DNA from: Piromyces finnis finn
Lineage: Eukaryota; Fungi; Neocallimastigomycota
DNA length: 64,000 nt
Assembly: GCA_002104945.1 (NCBI GenBank)
Contig: MCFH01000077.1
Span: 124,001-188,000, forward strand
Reading direction: 5' to 3'
Notes under the pieces: model-generated
Database searches by the model: none
The model's input: the letters and a program-made list of their open reading frames with translations, nothing else
What the model was told of the DNA's origin: nothing
Part shown: piece by piece, positions 1 to 13,055 of the stretch
How positions within the stretch are numbered: position 1 is the first letter of the stretch
How the letters are laid out: each line of letters opens with the position of its first letter
Made by a program: the position numbers and the translations under genes

Positions 1-1443
1 ATAAAGCTGTATCGTTTATATCTTTATACTCTATTTCAAAAGATTTGAATATTCCTCCATTGTCAGCCAAATGTGGGTTAGCTCAGGTTAGATGTTTTAA
101 CAAATGGAAAAACTCAAATTGTATTATCTCACACCTTGTCAATTACATTCCTAAATTTAGAAAATACACGTGGTGCAAATCAAGTAGGACACTTGATAAA
201 AAACTAAAGAAGCATGGAGATATTAAAGCAATTAAAAACTTTTATTGGAAAGATCTCAAAGGGAATTCAATCAAAGCGCAATATTATGATGATAATAAAT
301 TTATTGAAACTAAAGATTTTATTAAATTATGTTATGAGTACCCAGAGTTTGCCTATGGCTTCTACTGGCTATTGAAAGCAAGAAGCGGATACAAGTTGGA
401 TGCTAGAGTTGCCAAAGCTGCCAAATTTGTTGATCCAGTTTGTCCTAACTACTGTCCATGTTGCAAGTGTGGAGATCAAAGTATTAAGCATTGGTTATTA
501 GATTGTCCAACATTTAGAGATATTCGTATTAAACATTATGATTCTATAGTCCATCTATTAAATTTTTTCAGTCAACGTAATTCCAATAGTCCTATCAATA
601 ATAATGAAAATGTTAATATCAGTAGAGATAGCAATAATATTAATAGTAATAGTAACAATAGTAATAATAAAAATAACAATAGTAATAATAACAATAGTAG
701 TAATAACAATAGTAGTAATAACAATAGTAGTAATAGAAATAATAATATTAGTAATGATAGCAATAGTGAAGATAATAATTCTAATTTAGATAGTAATTTA
801 GTTAATGATAGTAATAGTTCTAATAATTATACATATTACTAATTATACACATGAATATTAATGTGTATGATTATTCTAGTGTGTGCAGTAAAATATTTAA
901 ATTCCTTCTTGGGGGAAGAAATTTTAACAATATCAATTACAATTCAAGGGAATGGAAAGAGCTTTGTAAGCGTCAGATTCAATCGGGCACTAACGAAGGA
1001 ATACTATTCTTGACGATAACAACGGAACTTCTAACCAAAATAATGCTTTTTTCTATTGGCCAGCAATGGTCAATGTTCAAAAGGTTTGAAGCAATATCCA
1101 AGAGCGTCAATGATGAAGAAACAGTAAGAAAGGCCAGGAGGGCCAGCGCAACCAATGGAGATCATAATTTTGTCCCATGATAAAATTTTGATCTTTGACT
1201 CGGTGTCCCATTGGAAGTCAAATACAATTATTATACTTTAGTATAATAGTGGCTTTCTTACTTTAATTAAAATTACTAGGATACATTATACCCAATTTTT
1301 ATTCATTTGTGTTTATTTAAACATATTTTTTTTATTTTTATTTTTATTTTTAATTTTTTATTACATGTATTATAATTTTAATTAAATTAATAATAAAGTT
1401 TAAAATATTTGATGCCGTTAAAAAAAGAAAAAAAAAAAAAAAA
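1..1443 (+). mobile_element. Non-LTR retrotransposon (LINE) 3' remnant, runs off the window start
   Basis: ORFs 45-842 and 851-1180 are out of frame with each other. They contain the ORF2 C-terminal CCHC motif CPCCKCGDQSIKHWLLDCP and a poly-Asn/Ser tract. The 3' UTR is shared with the copies at 15821-16169 and 39846-41633, and an A-rich tail lies at about 1419-1443. Confidence 0.8.
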
Positions 1444-2098
1444 GTAATAAATACTTATTAAAAAAAAAATTGATGTTAAAATAATTTCAAGTAATAAATG
1501 CTGGCGGAACAAAGATATTTAAATTAACAGCTTTACAGTTCATCAGGGTCTCATGTTTCATATGTAGAGGGTGTCGCGGCTTTTCTTACTAAAACAATCC
1601 ATATCATTAGTAGCTCAATGAAGCTACTTTTTGATAGGTTTAGTAAGACACCTAACGTAATCAAGAGCGCCGACGTCGTACTGATATGGCAAAGGAACAT
1701 TTCCAATGTTCCGTACACAGGGTTCAACGTTAGTATTTCCTCAAATTCGAATGAAAACCACTATGAACTCATGGGAGAGTTTAGTGGGCACCACACTATC
1801 ATACCTGATGTTACTTCTCTTTTTTATTTCATTTAATTTATTAGGTAGGGACCAATCCCACAAAGTACAAATTGTAGAGTTCATTGAACTTTTATGCAAC
1901 TTTAATATTATTTTATATTTATATTTTTATATCTTTATATATATATTATTATTATTATTTTTATTTATTATTCATTATATTAATATGTATTATCACCTAA
2001 TATTATGTAATATCTCAAACTAAATAAATAAATACAAGAAAAAAGTGTATTCTCTTCCTAGTCTAAAAAAAAAAAAGTATTAAATGCTTATTAAAAAA

Positions 2099-3089
2099 TG
2101 TTAAGTTTGGGATTTGGTTATGCGGCCAGGTCAGAATGTTATTAATTATATAGTAAATATGTTTTTTAAGAAATTAAAGTTAAATATAAAACAACCCTTT
2201 AAACTTCCAAATGAAAAATTAATATTTATTCTTTAGAACAACATTTTTATAAAATTTTATTTATTTAGTAATAATAATATAAATGATAATATATTTAATA
2301 ACTATATAATTAAGATTATAACTATAATCTTTACAAAGAATTAAAATCGAATTCAATTCATTCTATTTTATATTCTTTGTTCAGATTATTAAATTGATAA
2401 AAATAAAGTATTACATGTAATATGTTAATAATATAATAAGATTGTTTGTTTGTTTGTTTGTTTTGTCATGACATAAAATAAAATAAACATATGATTAATC
2501 ATTTAAACACTTGATCCATTAACCTATTTTATAATAATTAAAATTATTTAATTTATAAATGTTAACTGTTACACCTAAATGGTTTAGTTCTATTTTTAGT
2601 AACAGTCACTATCATTAATTAAATTAATATAATTAAAATTTCTATTGATATATTTTTAATTTTCGTCAAGTCATAAGAAATGTCTATGATCCATACTTGA
2701 TATCATATTGATTTTAATTTACTTATTAAAATCTTCAAATTACCATATCTTTCTTAAATGACCAGTTAGAAGGACCGCGATTGTACCAAAATGTAGCTTC
2801 TTCCCTAAGCTTTCTAATAAAATTAGTTTTACAGCCGTAGCACTGACAGCCGTAGCGATCGTTTTTGGCGAGTTACGCCTTGTTTCGTGTTTGTTTATTT
2901 TTGGTTAAGGGTTATAGTGTATTGATATTAAATTTTTGAAATCATAACCCTTTCACTGAATCAAAATTTAAAAGGTGACTTTTAAAGGTGTTTTAAAATA
3001 ATCATTGAAATTATTTAATTATAATTATTATGTTTAATTAATTATAGATATTATCTGAATTTGTTTTAAATCCAGTTAATATCTTCACA
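2099..3089. mobile_element. Solo LTR, family C, copy 1 (about 990 bp)
   Basis: Termini TGTTAAG...CTTCACA, flanked by AAAAA on both sides. Highly similar direct copy at 31949-32944. Confidence 0.75.
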
Positions 3090-3155
3090 AAAAATGTCAA
3101 AATCTCAATTCATGAAATTTGATATTTCATGAAATTTCATAATTTTGAAATTATT

Positions 3156-6100
3156 TGTGAAATAAATTTAATTAATAAATAATTTTATTAATAAGGTTAA
3201 CAAAGAGAAAAAGTTACATTGTAAGTTTACAGTTATAATAAGATGTAAGGTCATGTGACCATAGAAAATAAAATAAAATAAATAAAAAATAACTATCTCT
3301 ACAACACGTAGACATTACGTTTACAACACTTTTAATACATGTTTATGTTTTTATAAAATAGTCACGTGTGTTTATAAATATATGATATAGATAAATAAAA
3401 TTATGCGTCCATAAATGTTCACACTCCCCCTCAAATTAGATTTTCTTTAAGAATATCTTATTTGTATATTCAAACATTCTTGGACCAGGTAGGTCTTTAG
3501 TTAAAGGGTCAGCTAGCATTTCTTTAGTGTTTATATATTCTATTTTTATATTGTTCTTTTCTATGTTGTCAATAATAAAATGGTAGTGTATATTTATGTG
3601 TTTTAACTTTGTGTTTATTTCACCGTTTTCTATTATTTTCTTACTTGTCTTGTTGTCGGTGAATAGAGTTATATTTTTATTGTAGTTAAAAATTTCATCT
3701 ACCATATTTTTAAGCCATAGGATCTTCTTCGTATTCATTGACGTACTGATATACTCAGCCTCAGCAGTAGACGTAGCCACACATGTTTGTTTCTTTGACA
3801 ACCAGCATATTGGGCTGTTTCCCATTAAGATTATCCCTCCAGAGGTAGATTTAAAGTCTTCTGCGCCCCCGTAGTCCGAATCAGTGTATCCTTGGATTTT
3901 CCCTTCACCACTGTATTCGATTTTGTAATGTTTTGTTGTGGATAAGTATCTGAAAATGTTTACAATTGTATTCCAGTCAGATACTGTTGGGTTTTCGGAT
4001 TTTCTTGCAGCTTTATTAACGGCGAAAGCAATATCCGGTCTAGTACTTTTTGATAAGTATATTAATGTACCTATTGCACTTTTATATTTAGTCCTATCAA
4101 AAGGATTATTATTTGAGGTGCTCTTGTCAACTGTTGTACATGGCGTATTTCATCTACGTACGTTTTCCATATGAAATCTTTGTAATACATTATTAATGTA
4201 ATTCTCTTGAGAAATAATGTATTTGGAACCTTTCTTCTCAATCTTTATTCCTAGAATATAATTAATGGGACCGCTATTTGATATTTTAAATTTACTTTTA
4301 ATTTTGCTTATTACTCTCTCTATTGTATTTGTTTTTCCAACTATAACCATGTCGTCTACATATAGACCAATTATACATTTTACGTATTTGTTTTCTTTTA
4401 ACGTATATATACATGGTTCGGATTTTAATGGTTTAAAGTTATTATTTTTCAGGAATTTATCTATTGTTTTATTCCATTGTCTTCCTGATTGTTTTAAACC
4501 ATAAAGAGCTTTATTCAGCTTCCAGTATCCTCCCCCAAAGTTGCTATCTCCAAGCGGAATAGTGGTGTAAATATCCGTATCTAATGGAGCATTGAGGTAG
4601 GCAGCTTTAATATCAAGCTGAAATATATCCCACTTAAATTTTGCAGCAATAGCAATAATAAATTTTAGACTGTCAATATTTAAGGTTGGAGAATAGGTTA
4701 AGTCAAAATCGATTCCTTGTTTTTGACGGAAACCTCTAGCTACAAATCTAGCTTTAAAACGTACAATTTTATTATTGCTGTCCCTTTTAACAGCAAAAAC
4801 CCATTTGGTAGATATAATATTTTTGTTTTTTGGGATATTTTTAACCAGGGACATAATTTTATTAGAATATAAATTATTCAATTCATCTTGAATGGCTGCT
4901 ATATATTTGTTCCTGTGCTTCTTAGGGGTACTGGAATTATTTAGAGAGGTAGGACTGCAAGGCCTTTTTCTTTCAGGATGGGAGGAATCATCAGAATTAT
5001 CGGCCATGATATCATCCATGATATCATTTTTATCTTCCAAGTTTGAATCAGGATCATCCATAGATTTATTGTCGTCCGGGATAAAAGAATGAGTGTCACG
5101 TGCAATATCAAGAGAATCAGAAATTTTTGAATTTAAATTTATGTTATCATTAATATCCATAGTATCTGAGTTGGTAGAATTATCCTGTGTAACATTAGAA
5201 TTTATGCTAGAATTATGACGTGGATTATTTGATTTATCATCCAATAGAATGTTTTCATTTTTATTTTGAGTTTTTGAGTCAATTTTTGAAAAATTTTTAT
5301 TAATAAAAACTTTTTCACGATGATCAGAAATTGAATATTTAGTAGTATTTTCGCCATTAATTTTGGTATTAGAAATATCTTCAGTGGTGAATTCATCAGT
5401 TGAAGAATTATTATAATGATCGGGATTTTCAATAATTTTATTTTTGTTTTCATCAGCAGGAGTTTTACCAGAACAAACGTTATCGGAACCAGGAGTTTCA
5501 GGAAATTGGTATTTATTATTTTTATTGATATTATTTGAAATTTTACAATTTTTCTTTTTGAAATTGCAATTGTCATTTGCAATTTCTTCTAAAACTTTTA
5601 AAATGTCATTTGTAAATTTAATTTTGTCAAATTTCGAATTTGAATTATTATTTTTGTTTTGAGTGTCTTCATTCATGTATAAAGAATTTGTTTTAGAATT
5701 GTTCATTAAATTACTTTTTGAGCTTTCCATAGTTTGAGAAATAATATTAGTCCTTTTGTTATTTTCTTCCTCTTTCCTTTCAGTTCTTTCGTTGTAAGTT
5801 AAATTTTTATCAACCAGGTCCTCGTCCATAGTACTCATATTGTCTTCATTTACCATTTTTTCTTCTATTTCTTCTTCTCCATTGTTTTTAAAGTGGAAAT
5901 CCTTCTTCTTGGAGGTAGTCCTTTCTGTATTATTGTTTTGTTTATTTTTATTTGAATTTGTATCCGTAGTGTTGTTGTTCTTGCTGTCAACAACTTTCTC
6001 TTTTACACCTTCCGTGTTATTGTTGTTCTTCGATGAGTCTGAGGATATCATACTGTCGTAATTATTAATATTATATGAATCATTGAAAGAGAAATACGGA

Positions 6101-9041
6101 TCGTTTATATTTTTCTTTTTATAGGTGTATTGTGCCGGCTTATCTTCGCAGCATTCTATTTCCCTAGAATAGTGAATTTTAAGTTTACCACCACATATCT
6201 CCATGACGATATATGAGTGATGTGTTTCACTGAACCCAAGAAAAATTCCTTCCTTTGAGTTTGGCGCAAATTTTGACCTTTTAAGAGAATAGTCCTTAAA
6301 GTAGCATATGCATCCAAATACCTTTAGATATTTTAGATCTGCTTCCTCGTTGGTAAATACTTCGTCAGGGATTAAATTATTGTTTCCTTGGTGTGGTATT
6401 TTGTTGTAAATATAACAAGAATATTTTACAGCAAAACTCCAAAAGTCTTCAGATAATTTAGCCCAATATAAAAGTGTTTTAGCAGAATTTTGAATAGTCT
6501 GATTTATTCTTTCTGCTTTACCATTTAATTCATGTACGTAAGGAGGTGAGTTTATCTTAGATATACCGTTTTCCTTACAATATTTTATAACTTTACTACT
6601 GTTATATTCTTTTGCACCATCTGTCTTGAACGTTTTGACTTTATATTTGTCAAAAGTGTTATTGACATTCTTTAGGAATTCAATAATGATGTCAGGTGCT
6701 TCAGATCTTGACTTGAGAGTGTAAATCCAAAGTTTTCTTGAATATTCATCTAGCATAGTCATAAAATATTTCTTATTGTTTACGGATGAATTAAACGGGC
6801 CTGAAATATCGGAGTGAATAGTCTCTAGAACTCTTCCGGCTTTAGGTACGGTTTTGTTGTGGGGAGACTTCTTCATTTTTGATATTTTGCAGTCTAGGCA
6901 AGGCGTTACTTTAATTTTATGTTGATTTAGATATTTCTTCAGATCCTTCTGGTAGAAATGGCCTAATCTCTTATGCCATATATCTAAATCATCTTCAAAA
7001 TTTGCAATAAATGGTTCGTTTTTCTTTTTATTAATATTTATGAGTTTAATTTTGAATTGGTTTAATTCATTTGAGTATGTTTGCATTACATTTTTATTTT
7101 CAGAGTCCTTGAAAATAAGTCTGACTTTCCCGTCGTCAGTAATATCTATAATGCTTCTTAAACCAACTTTAGCAAGTCCTACACCACTAATTAAATTCTT
7201 GCTAACTTTATCTGAATACAAAACTTTTTCTAACTTGTAAGTTTTGTCTTTTATCTTAAACTCATATGAACCATAACCACTAAATTCACAGGTAGTTCCA
7301 TTTGCACATCTGAGTTGGATGTGTTCTTCTGTGATGTTCTGCAGAATGTCCTTATTATTAATGATATGTTCAGCGGCACCAGTATCATAGAACCATTCGT
7401 CGTATTTATTTTCTCCATACACATAATCTATATTCTTTGCATTAGGAGATTCTTCTTTTGTAGCTTCATCTTTTTCAATAAGGTAGATACTTCTTTCCGT
7501 TAAAGGCCTGATATCTTCAAATTCTACGTTAATGCCGTAACTTTCGTTGTCGTCGTAGTTTTCGACGAAATCTACTTCTTGTTCGAATTTCTTTTGTTGT
7601 TTTTTCTTGTGAACTTGCCTCCCTTGTTGTGAATTTCTTTTAGATTTGTTTTGGTTATAGGCCTTATTATTACTGTTTCTTCTTTGTTCTCTTTCCATTT
7701 TGGCCTTTTGATTATATTCACACATTTCGGTGGAGTGACCATATTCACAGCAGATATGACAGTAGGTACGGTGGCTTCTATTTATGTTTCTTCTGTTACC
7801 GTAACTTTTATTCTTTGTTGATTTGTTTTCTCTACTAACAAAATCAACATCCATTGGATCATCAACTTCGTCATCTTCATCTTGGTCATTGTTGATCCAA
7901 TCCTCGAAGTAGGATTTGGCATTGATGTAACTTTTGACCTTCTCGTAGAGTTGATCAGAAGTTTCGTCTAAAGTTACATTCAATTGGTTCTTGACACTTC
8001 GTGGAAGGGAATTGTACATATATTCCAATTTTTCCCTTTCACTTAAGGACATTCTTTGTTCAGACATCTCAAGGAAGATTTTCCTGACATTATCAATGGT
8101 TTTACTGACTTTGCTCACATCTTCAGTATGTAATTTTCTTAACTTTTTTAGCCAGTATTCGATGTCTGCATTAGCGTTACCGTATTTTGTATTCAACTTC
8201 TTGAATACTTGGTAACAGCTAGTATTATGACCAATCTCTCTGAGGATCTTCTCATCCACATTTTGAATGATCATAAGGTGTGCATCAGCATTAAGACTTT
8301 CAGCTGCTGATACTATCTCGGCCTTATAAATTGGCGAGTTTGCCAATTTATTGGCGGCTACAACATTAATGTTATTAATGTTGCTGCTTGGGTTTGCGTC
8401 CTCCCCCATAGCTTTAGTGAAGGTTTTGTAAACGGACGCGAGTAAGTTATTAGTACGGTAGTTAGCAATAATTTTTACAATAGCCATAGTGTAAACATCT
8501 TTAAGATTAAAGTCTATCTTAAAGCTGTCGTCTTTGATGGTTCCAACAATGTCATAATCAAGATAGCTAGTTAGACCCTGTCTAGAAGCAGCTGACTTGA
8601 TTAAAAGACTCCAAGTGTCAAAGTTGGATTTTCCATGAAGACGTTGATTATTGGCTAAAATTAATTTCTGGGACATACTAAAATTTTAAACACACAAAAA
8701 TTTTTGCTTTAAATTTTTCTTAAGAAATTTTATTATTGATTAGAGTTTGAGACTCTTAATCTGTTTAATCTGTGAAATAAATTTAATTAATAAATAATTT
8801 TATTAATAAGGTTAACAAAGAGAAAAAGTTACATTGTAAATATTACAGTTATATAATGAGATGTAAGGTCATGTGACCATAGAAAATAAAATAAAATAAA
8901 TAAAAAATAACTATCTCTACAACACGTAGACATTACGTTTACAACACTTTTAATACATGTTTATGTTTTTATAAATTAGTCACGTGTGTTTATAAATATA
9001 TGATATAGATAAATAAAATTATGTGTCCATAAATGTTCACA
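3156..9041 (-). mobile_element. Full-length Ty1/Copia LTR retrotransposon
   Basis: LTRs 3156-3423 and 8771-9041 (TG...CA, several differences). 5-bp TSD TTATT. PPT GAGGGGGAG next to the 3' LTR. PBS-like GATTAAGAGTC at 8751-8761. Domain order gag-PR-IN-RT-RH. Confidence 0.95.
3436..8676 (-). pseudogene. Copia gag-pol polyprotein interrupted by one in-frame TGA (4150-4152)
   Basis: Zinc knuckle CHICCEYGHSTEMC, protease FYDTGA, integrase WHKRLGH/CLDC and KTDGAKEY, RT YVDD. After the TGA the same frame continues (NTPC...STRPDIAFAV...YTDSDYG) into ORF 3436-3825, the RNase H end (MLADPLTK). Confidence 0.9.
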
Positions 9042-9959
9042 TTATTAATTAAATTAATTAAAATATTAATTTAATAATATTTTACTAATAATAGTTTATT
9101 TAATATAAATATTAATTGGGAAGCTATTTATTATCCGGAGATAAATAGTGTAACAATTAATTAATATTAAACAAACCAATTAGTAAAATAAGATTCATTT
9201 AAACAATTATTAATATTATTTTTAACAACTTATTAATATCAATATTTAAAGAAAATTATATTTTTATATTATTATATTATTATATTTTATTAATATTTAT
9301 ATTTATATTATTATACATGTATAACTTAAAAATATTATTATTATTATACTTTATTAATATCAATATTATATTATTGTTTAAATTGTAAAAAGATTATTTA
9401 AAAAAAATCCTCATTAAATATAATTTATAATTTATTAAAAATATCTATATATTTATATATGAATTTCATAATTTAATAAATAAAGAAAAAAAAAACATTA
9501 ACTTTAAAATATAACCTATTTTATATTTTATTACATAGAATATATTTACTATAAATTTATAATATAATAATTTATATATTATAAATTACCTATTTTTTAA
9601 CTTAATACTATATTAAAGAATTATTTAATTGTAAATACTTTTAATAAATTAATTAATTAATTAATTAATTATAAATTAGCAATATGTTAATTGTAATATG
9701 CTTTGTTTTTAAAATTTAATTCAAAGTTTGATATAAAATATATAAAATGATAAATAAAATTTTCTTTTAATATTGTATTATAAATCCTTTCCATTATTTC
9801 ATAAATTGATTTAAATTTTAACTATATTTATATAATATTAATAAATACAATACAATATAATATAATATTAATAAATACAATATAATATTAATAAATATAA
9901 TATAATATAATATAATATAATATAATATAATAAAATAGGATAGAATATTAAATAATAGT

Positions 9960-10799
9960 ATGGATAATTCAACATCTTCGGAACAACTTACGAAATTAGT
10001 TAAGTCGAATAATGAATCGAGTAATCCTCGTTTGGATTATTACAAAAGGGTTTTAGCGTCATGTTATTCAGACATTGTATTTCAAACTATGGTTAATACC
10101 ATAAATTTTAAAGAAGTTGTCCCCTTACCTAAAAATAATAAAATGTACAGATTTGTTGTTAAATGCTATAATAACTGTAGTAATGTGGTTATCGGCGCTG
10201 TAAATGACACCTCAGATTTATCTTTATCGGATTTACCTGCTTTATCCATTCCAATGTCACATTATCACCTTAATAAAAATAACTATATTCAAGACAATTT
10301 CTTCCATAAAATATCTAACAATGAAACTGCCTCAACCAATAAATTTATTGAACATGTTCGATTAGTTGATGAAAGAATAAAATATTTAATTTCAAACTAT
10401 ATAAAGAATATGGATATGACTTCACCTATCTCAAACTTACTTACTAAAAATAAGGTAACTTACACTCAAAATTGGACGTACACTGGGATAATTAATAAAA
10501 GTAAAGATGCTGAATATATTAATTTCCGTTATTTCAAGGATCCAATTAAAGAAAAGTTCAAAATAGGAACTAATGTGTATTGCGGTGATGTTTATTCAAA
10601 AGAAGTTGCTGATCTTCTTTCCAAAGACACTTTTTGCTATATTCATGGTAATATTTATCCTATTATTAAAGTTTGTTATGTGTTAGTTAATGAACGAATG
10701 ATTAATGGGGTACCAATGGTAAATTTTACTTGCAAAGCTTATTTTGTTGATATTAATATTTCGTCTAATTCTCTTCGTAGTAGTACTGAAAGATTATAA
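9960..10799 (+). CDS. Intronless hypothetical protein, 279 aa
   Basis: Long ORF with normal amino-acid composition in AT-rich, stop-rich surroundings. No family recognised with confidence. Confidence 0.7.
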   Translation: MDNSTSSEQLTKLVKSNNESSNPRLDYYKRVLASCYSDIVFQTMVNTINFKEVVPLPKNNKMYRFVVKCYNNCSNVVIGAVNDTSDLSLSDLPALSIPMSHYHLNKNNYIQDNFFHKISNNETASTNKFIEHVRLVDERIKYLISNYIKNMDMTSPISNLLTKNKVTYTQNWTYTGIINKSKDAEYINFRYFKDPIKEKFKIGTNVYCGDVYSKEVADLLSKDTFCYIHGNIYPIIKVCYVLVNERMINGVPMVNFTCKAYFVDINISSNSLRSSTERL

Positions 10800-11394
10800 A
10801 GAAGAATATGATTTGTAATGTTTTAGATTTTTGTTTAAATTATAAATTGTTATATTTACATAATTCTATATACAAATATTAAAAATATTTTAGTAGATAA
10901 GCAATTTTAGTATTGCGAAATAATTAAAATTTATTAAATATGAATATTTTATTTTTTTTAAAAATTTATTTATAATTCACACACACATATATATATATAT
11001 ACATTATATTTAATATTTTCTTTCTTTTTTTTTTTTCAAAAAAAAAGAATGAAGTAATAATGAAAATAAAATATTAAAATATTAAAAATATAAAAATAAT
11101 AAATTAATTATATTTTAGAAAGAATTTATGTAAAATCTTCTATTTCTTTCTATTCCTATATATATAAATAACTAAATAAATAATAATATAAATAAGAATT
11201 ATAAGTATTATTTTGCTAAATTTGTAATAATTTAGTAAACTTGTTAATTTTTTTTACCAATTAATAATTAAAGATAATAAAAAAAGGTTTATTTATTTAT
11301 TTTTTAATTTTTTAAAAAAATATTTAGTCTAAACAATAAAAGAAAAGTAAAGTTTTAATTATATTTTTAAATATATTTTAAATTATATTTTAAA

Positions 11395-12291
11395 TTATAA
11401 AACAACTATTAAATTATAAGTAAATAAATACTTTTTCCAAACATCAATAATATTATACCTTGTTGTTTTAATTAAACATGGTATTGAAGAAAGTAATGTA
11501 TATAATAAAAATGCTTGATAAGGTCTTTTACTACAATATTCATTTATGTTATCATTAGTTACAACATTTAATATATATTCAATTAAATCAGTGTTTTCAT
11601 TGGTGTTATTTTCAAGTAAATCGGTAATGTCCGAAACAGATATTTTTTTATAGTTTTCTATTAAAGACAATTCATCTTCAAGATTGTCAAAACATACCGA
11701 GTATACTAACCTTTCTATCAATTCCTTTTTGTCATAAAAATTATCAATATTTCTACCACGATTTATATTCCTAAGATTATTAGAATCATCTTCTTTTTTC
11801 GAATAAAGATTCAAGTCACTGCGCAAGTCACGATAACGAAGGGTGAAATCATTACATAATACATAAACATACTTTAGACGATTATTAATGCGTATAGATG
11901 TTTTTTCATTGTAATGACGCTGAAATACAATGGATAAATTTTTCAATTCCTTATTCTTCAATAGAGTCCAATTTTCAAAATTTCTATCGCTATACATGAT
12001 CATATTACTAAAATCGTTAATGGAACGTTTTTTGTTACTAGCATAAGAGGAATTTTTAATGCTCGAAAAATATAAAATATAAAATAATTCTTTATATTCC
12101 ATCCAGTAAGGACTTAATAATTGTTTAAAATTCTTTAAATCATTTTTAAGACTATATTTTAAAATGTCGAGGATTTCTGTGTGTGTAAGTTGAGATATAC
12201 TGTCGTAAAATTCTTTTATTAATTTACTATTTAAAAGATCTTCCATATTTTTTATTTTCATTACAATTTCAGAATTTTCGGTATTTAACAA
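11395..12291 (-). CDS. Hypothetical 298-aa ORF, in frame with the upstream helicase (separate gene or severed C-terminus)
   Basis: The track start is TTG. The frame is continuous with the reconstructed helicase across a single TAA at 12304-12306. Confidence 0.6.
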   Translation of the reverse strand: MLNTENSEIVMKIKNMEDLLNSKLIKEFYDSISQLTHTEILDILKYSLKNDLKNFKQLLSPYWMEYKELFYILYFSSIKNSSYASNKKRSINDFSNMIMYSDRNFENWTLLKNKELKNLSIVFQRHYNEKTSIRINNRLKYVYVLCNDFTLRYRDLRSDLNLYSKKEDDSNNLRNINRGRNIDNFYDKKELIERLVYSVCFDNLEDELSLIENYKKISVSDITDLLENNTNENTDLIEYILNVVTNDNINEYCSKRPYQAFLLYTLLSSIPCLIKTTRYNIIDVWKKYLFTYNLIVVL

Positions 12292-12487
12292 AGCTTTACT
12301 GAGTTAGTTATCATTTTGAGGGTTATATTCGATAGTTTTATCTTTGTGCTTTTTGGACGCTATTTTTTTTGGTGTGTATGCAGAGTAGTTAGGATTGTAG
12401 TGAGTAAGCATACTAAGTGATGGGTTGCTTATACTTACATTAGCGCTATTACAAAAATGGACATTTGGGACAGATTCAAGGAAAAAT

Positions 12488-12489
<2 letters not shown>

Positions 12490-12523
<34 letters not shown>

Positions 12524-13055
12524 TTCCGAGTGCATTTCTCCCATCGATCAGAGTTAGCTCCAATGGTGGTTCTTAGAGAAACGTTGGCTCATTCCTATTG
12601 CTAGGTGGTTGTGACCCTCCTGGTCTGTCATACTGTTTCTTCAGCTTCGACGCTCACTTAATCCATGTACATTAGATGCATGTCGTTGTACGATATTTCA
12701 CAACTACAATGCTAAGCCTCTTATAGTCAATTTGATCACGTGTCAACCGCCCCCTAATGTTTACACTTAAATTGATTAAGGAATATTATGTGTTTTTGGC
12801 ATAGCCTAAGTCACCACTTATTAAGTTCTAATTTGGAATGTACCATGTACACTAGACCCTCTCAGGCCGGCTAGACGAGTGTTATTATCATAGTAGTAAA
12901 TTAGAAAGTTCATTTATACTTACCTGAATATCATAACCCAACCCATGGCAAACCCAGTGGGAAAATCCACAGGCACTGACATCTGCGGGGTCGAACCAGA
13001 AGCCTTATGTATGCTAAGGAAACGCCTTAACAACCAGGATAAAAACTGGAACGAC
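12490..13055 (-). mobile_element. tRNA-related SINE, copy 1 (535-bp body plus poly(A))
   Basis: T31 tail at 12490-12520 on the plus strand. 14-bp TSD TCAAGGAAAAATAA at 12476-12489 and 13056-13069. B-box GGTTCGACCCC at 12987-12997 (minus). Appears identical to copy 2. Confidence 0.85.

Noticed and set aside
572-789. Short poly-Leu/poly-Ile ORFs (also 14122-14489 and similar)
   Set aside because: Alternative-frame or antisense readings of AAT/TTA repeats.
3090-3155. Both family-C solo LTRs have another LTR element about 60 bp downstream
   Set aside because: Only two cases in a TE-dense window, involving different superfamilies; general clustering is sufficient.
4150-4152. In-frame TGA in Copia pol as programmed readthrough
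   Set aside because: It lies inside RT, not at a gag-pol or pol-env boundary, and the context TGA AAT is not a known readthrough motif. A nonsense mutation is simpler.
12521-13055. Duplicated 535-bp GC-richer segment as a group I intron or structured ncRNA gene
   Set aside because: Poly(A) tails, TSDs and a B-box fit a retroposed SINE; no group I core elements were recognised.
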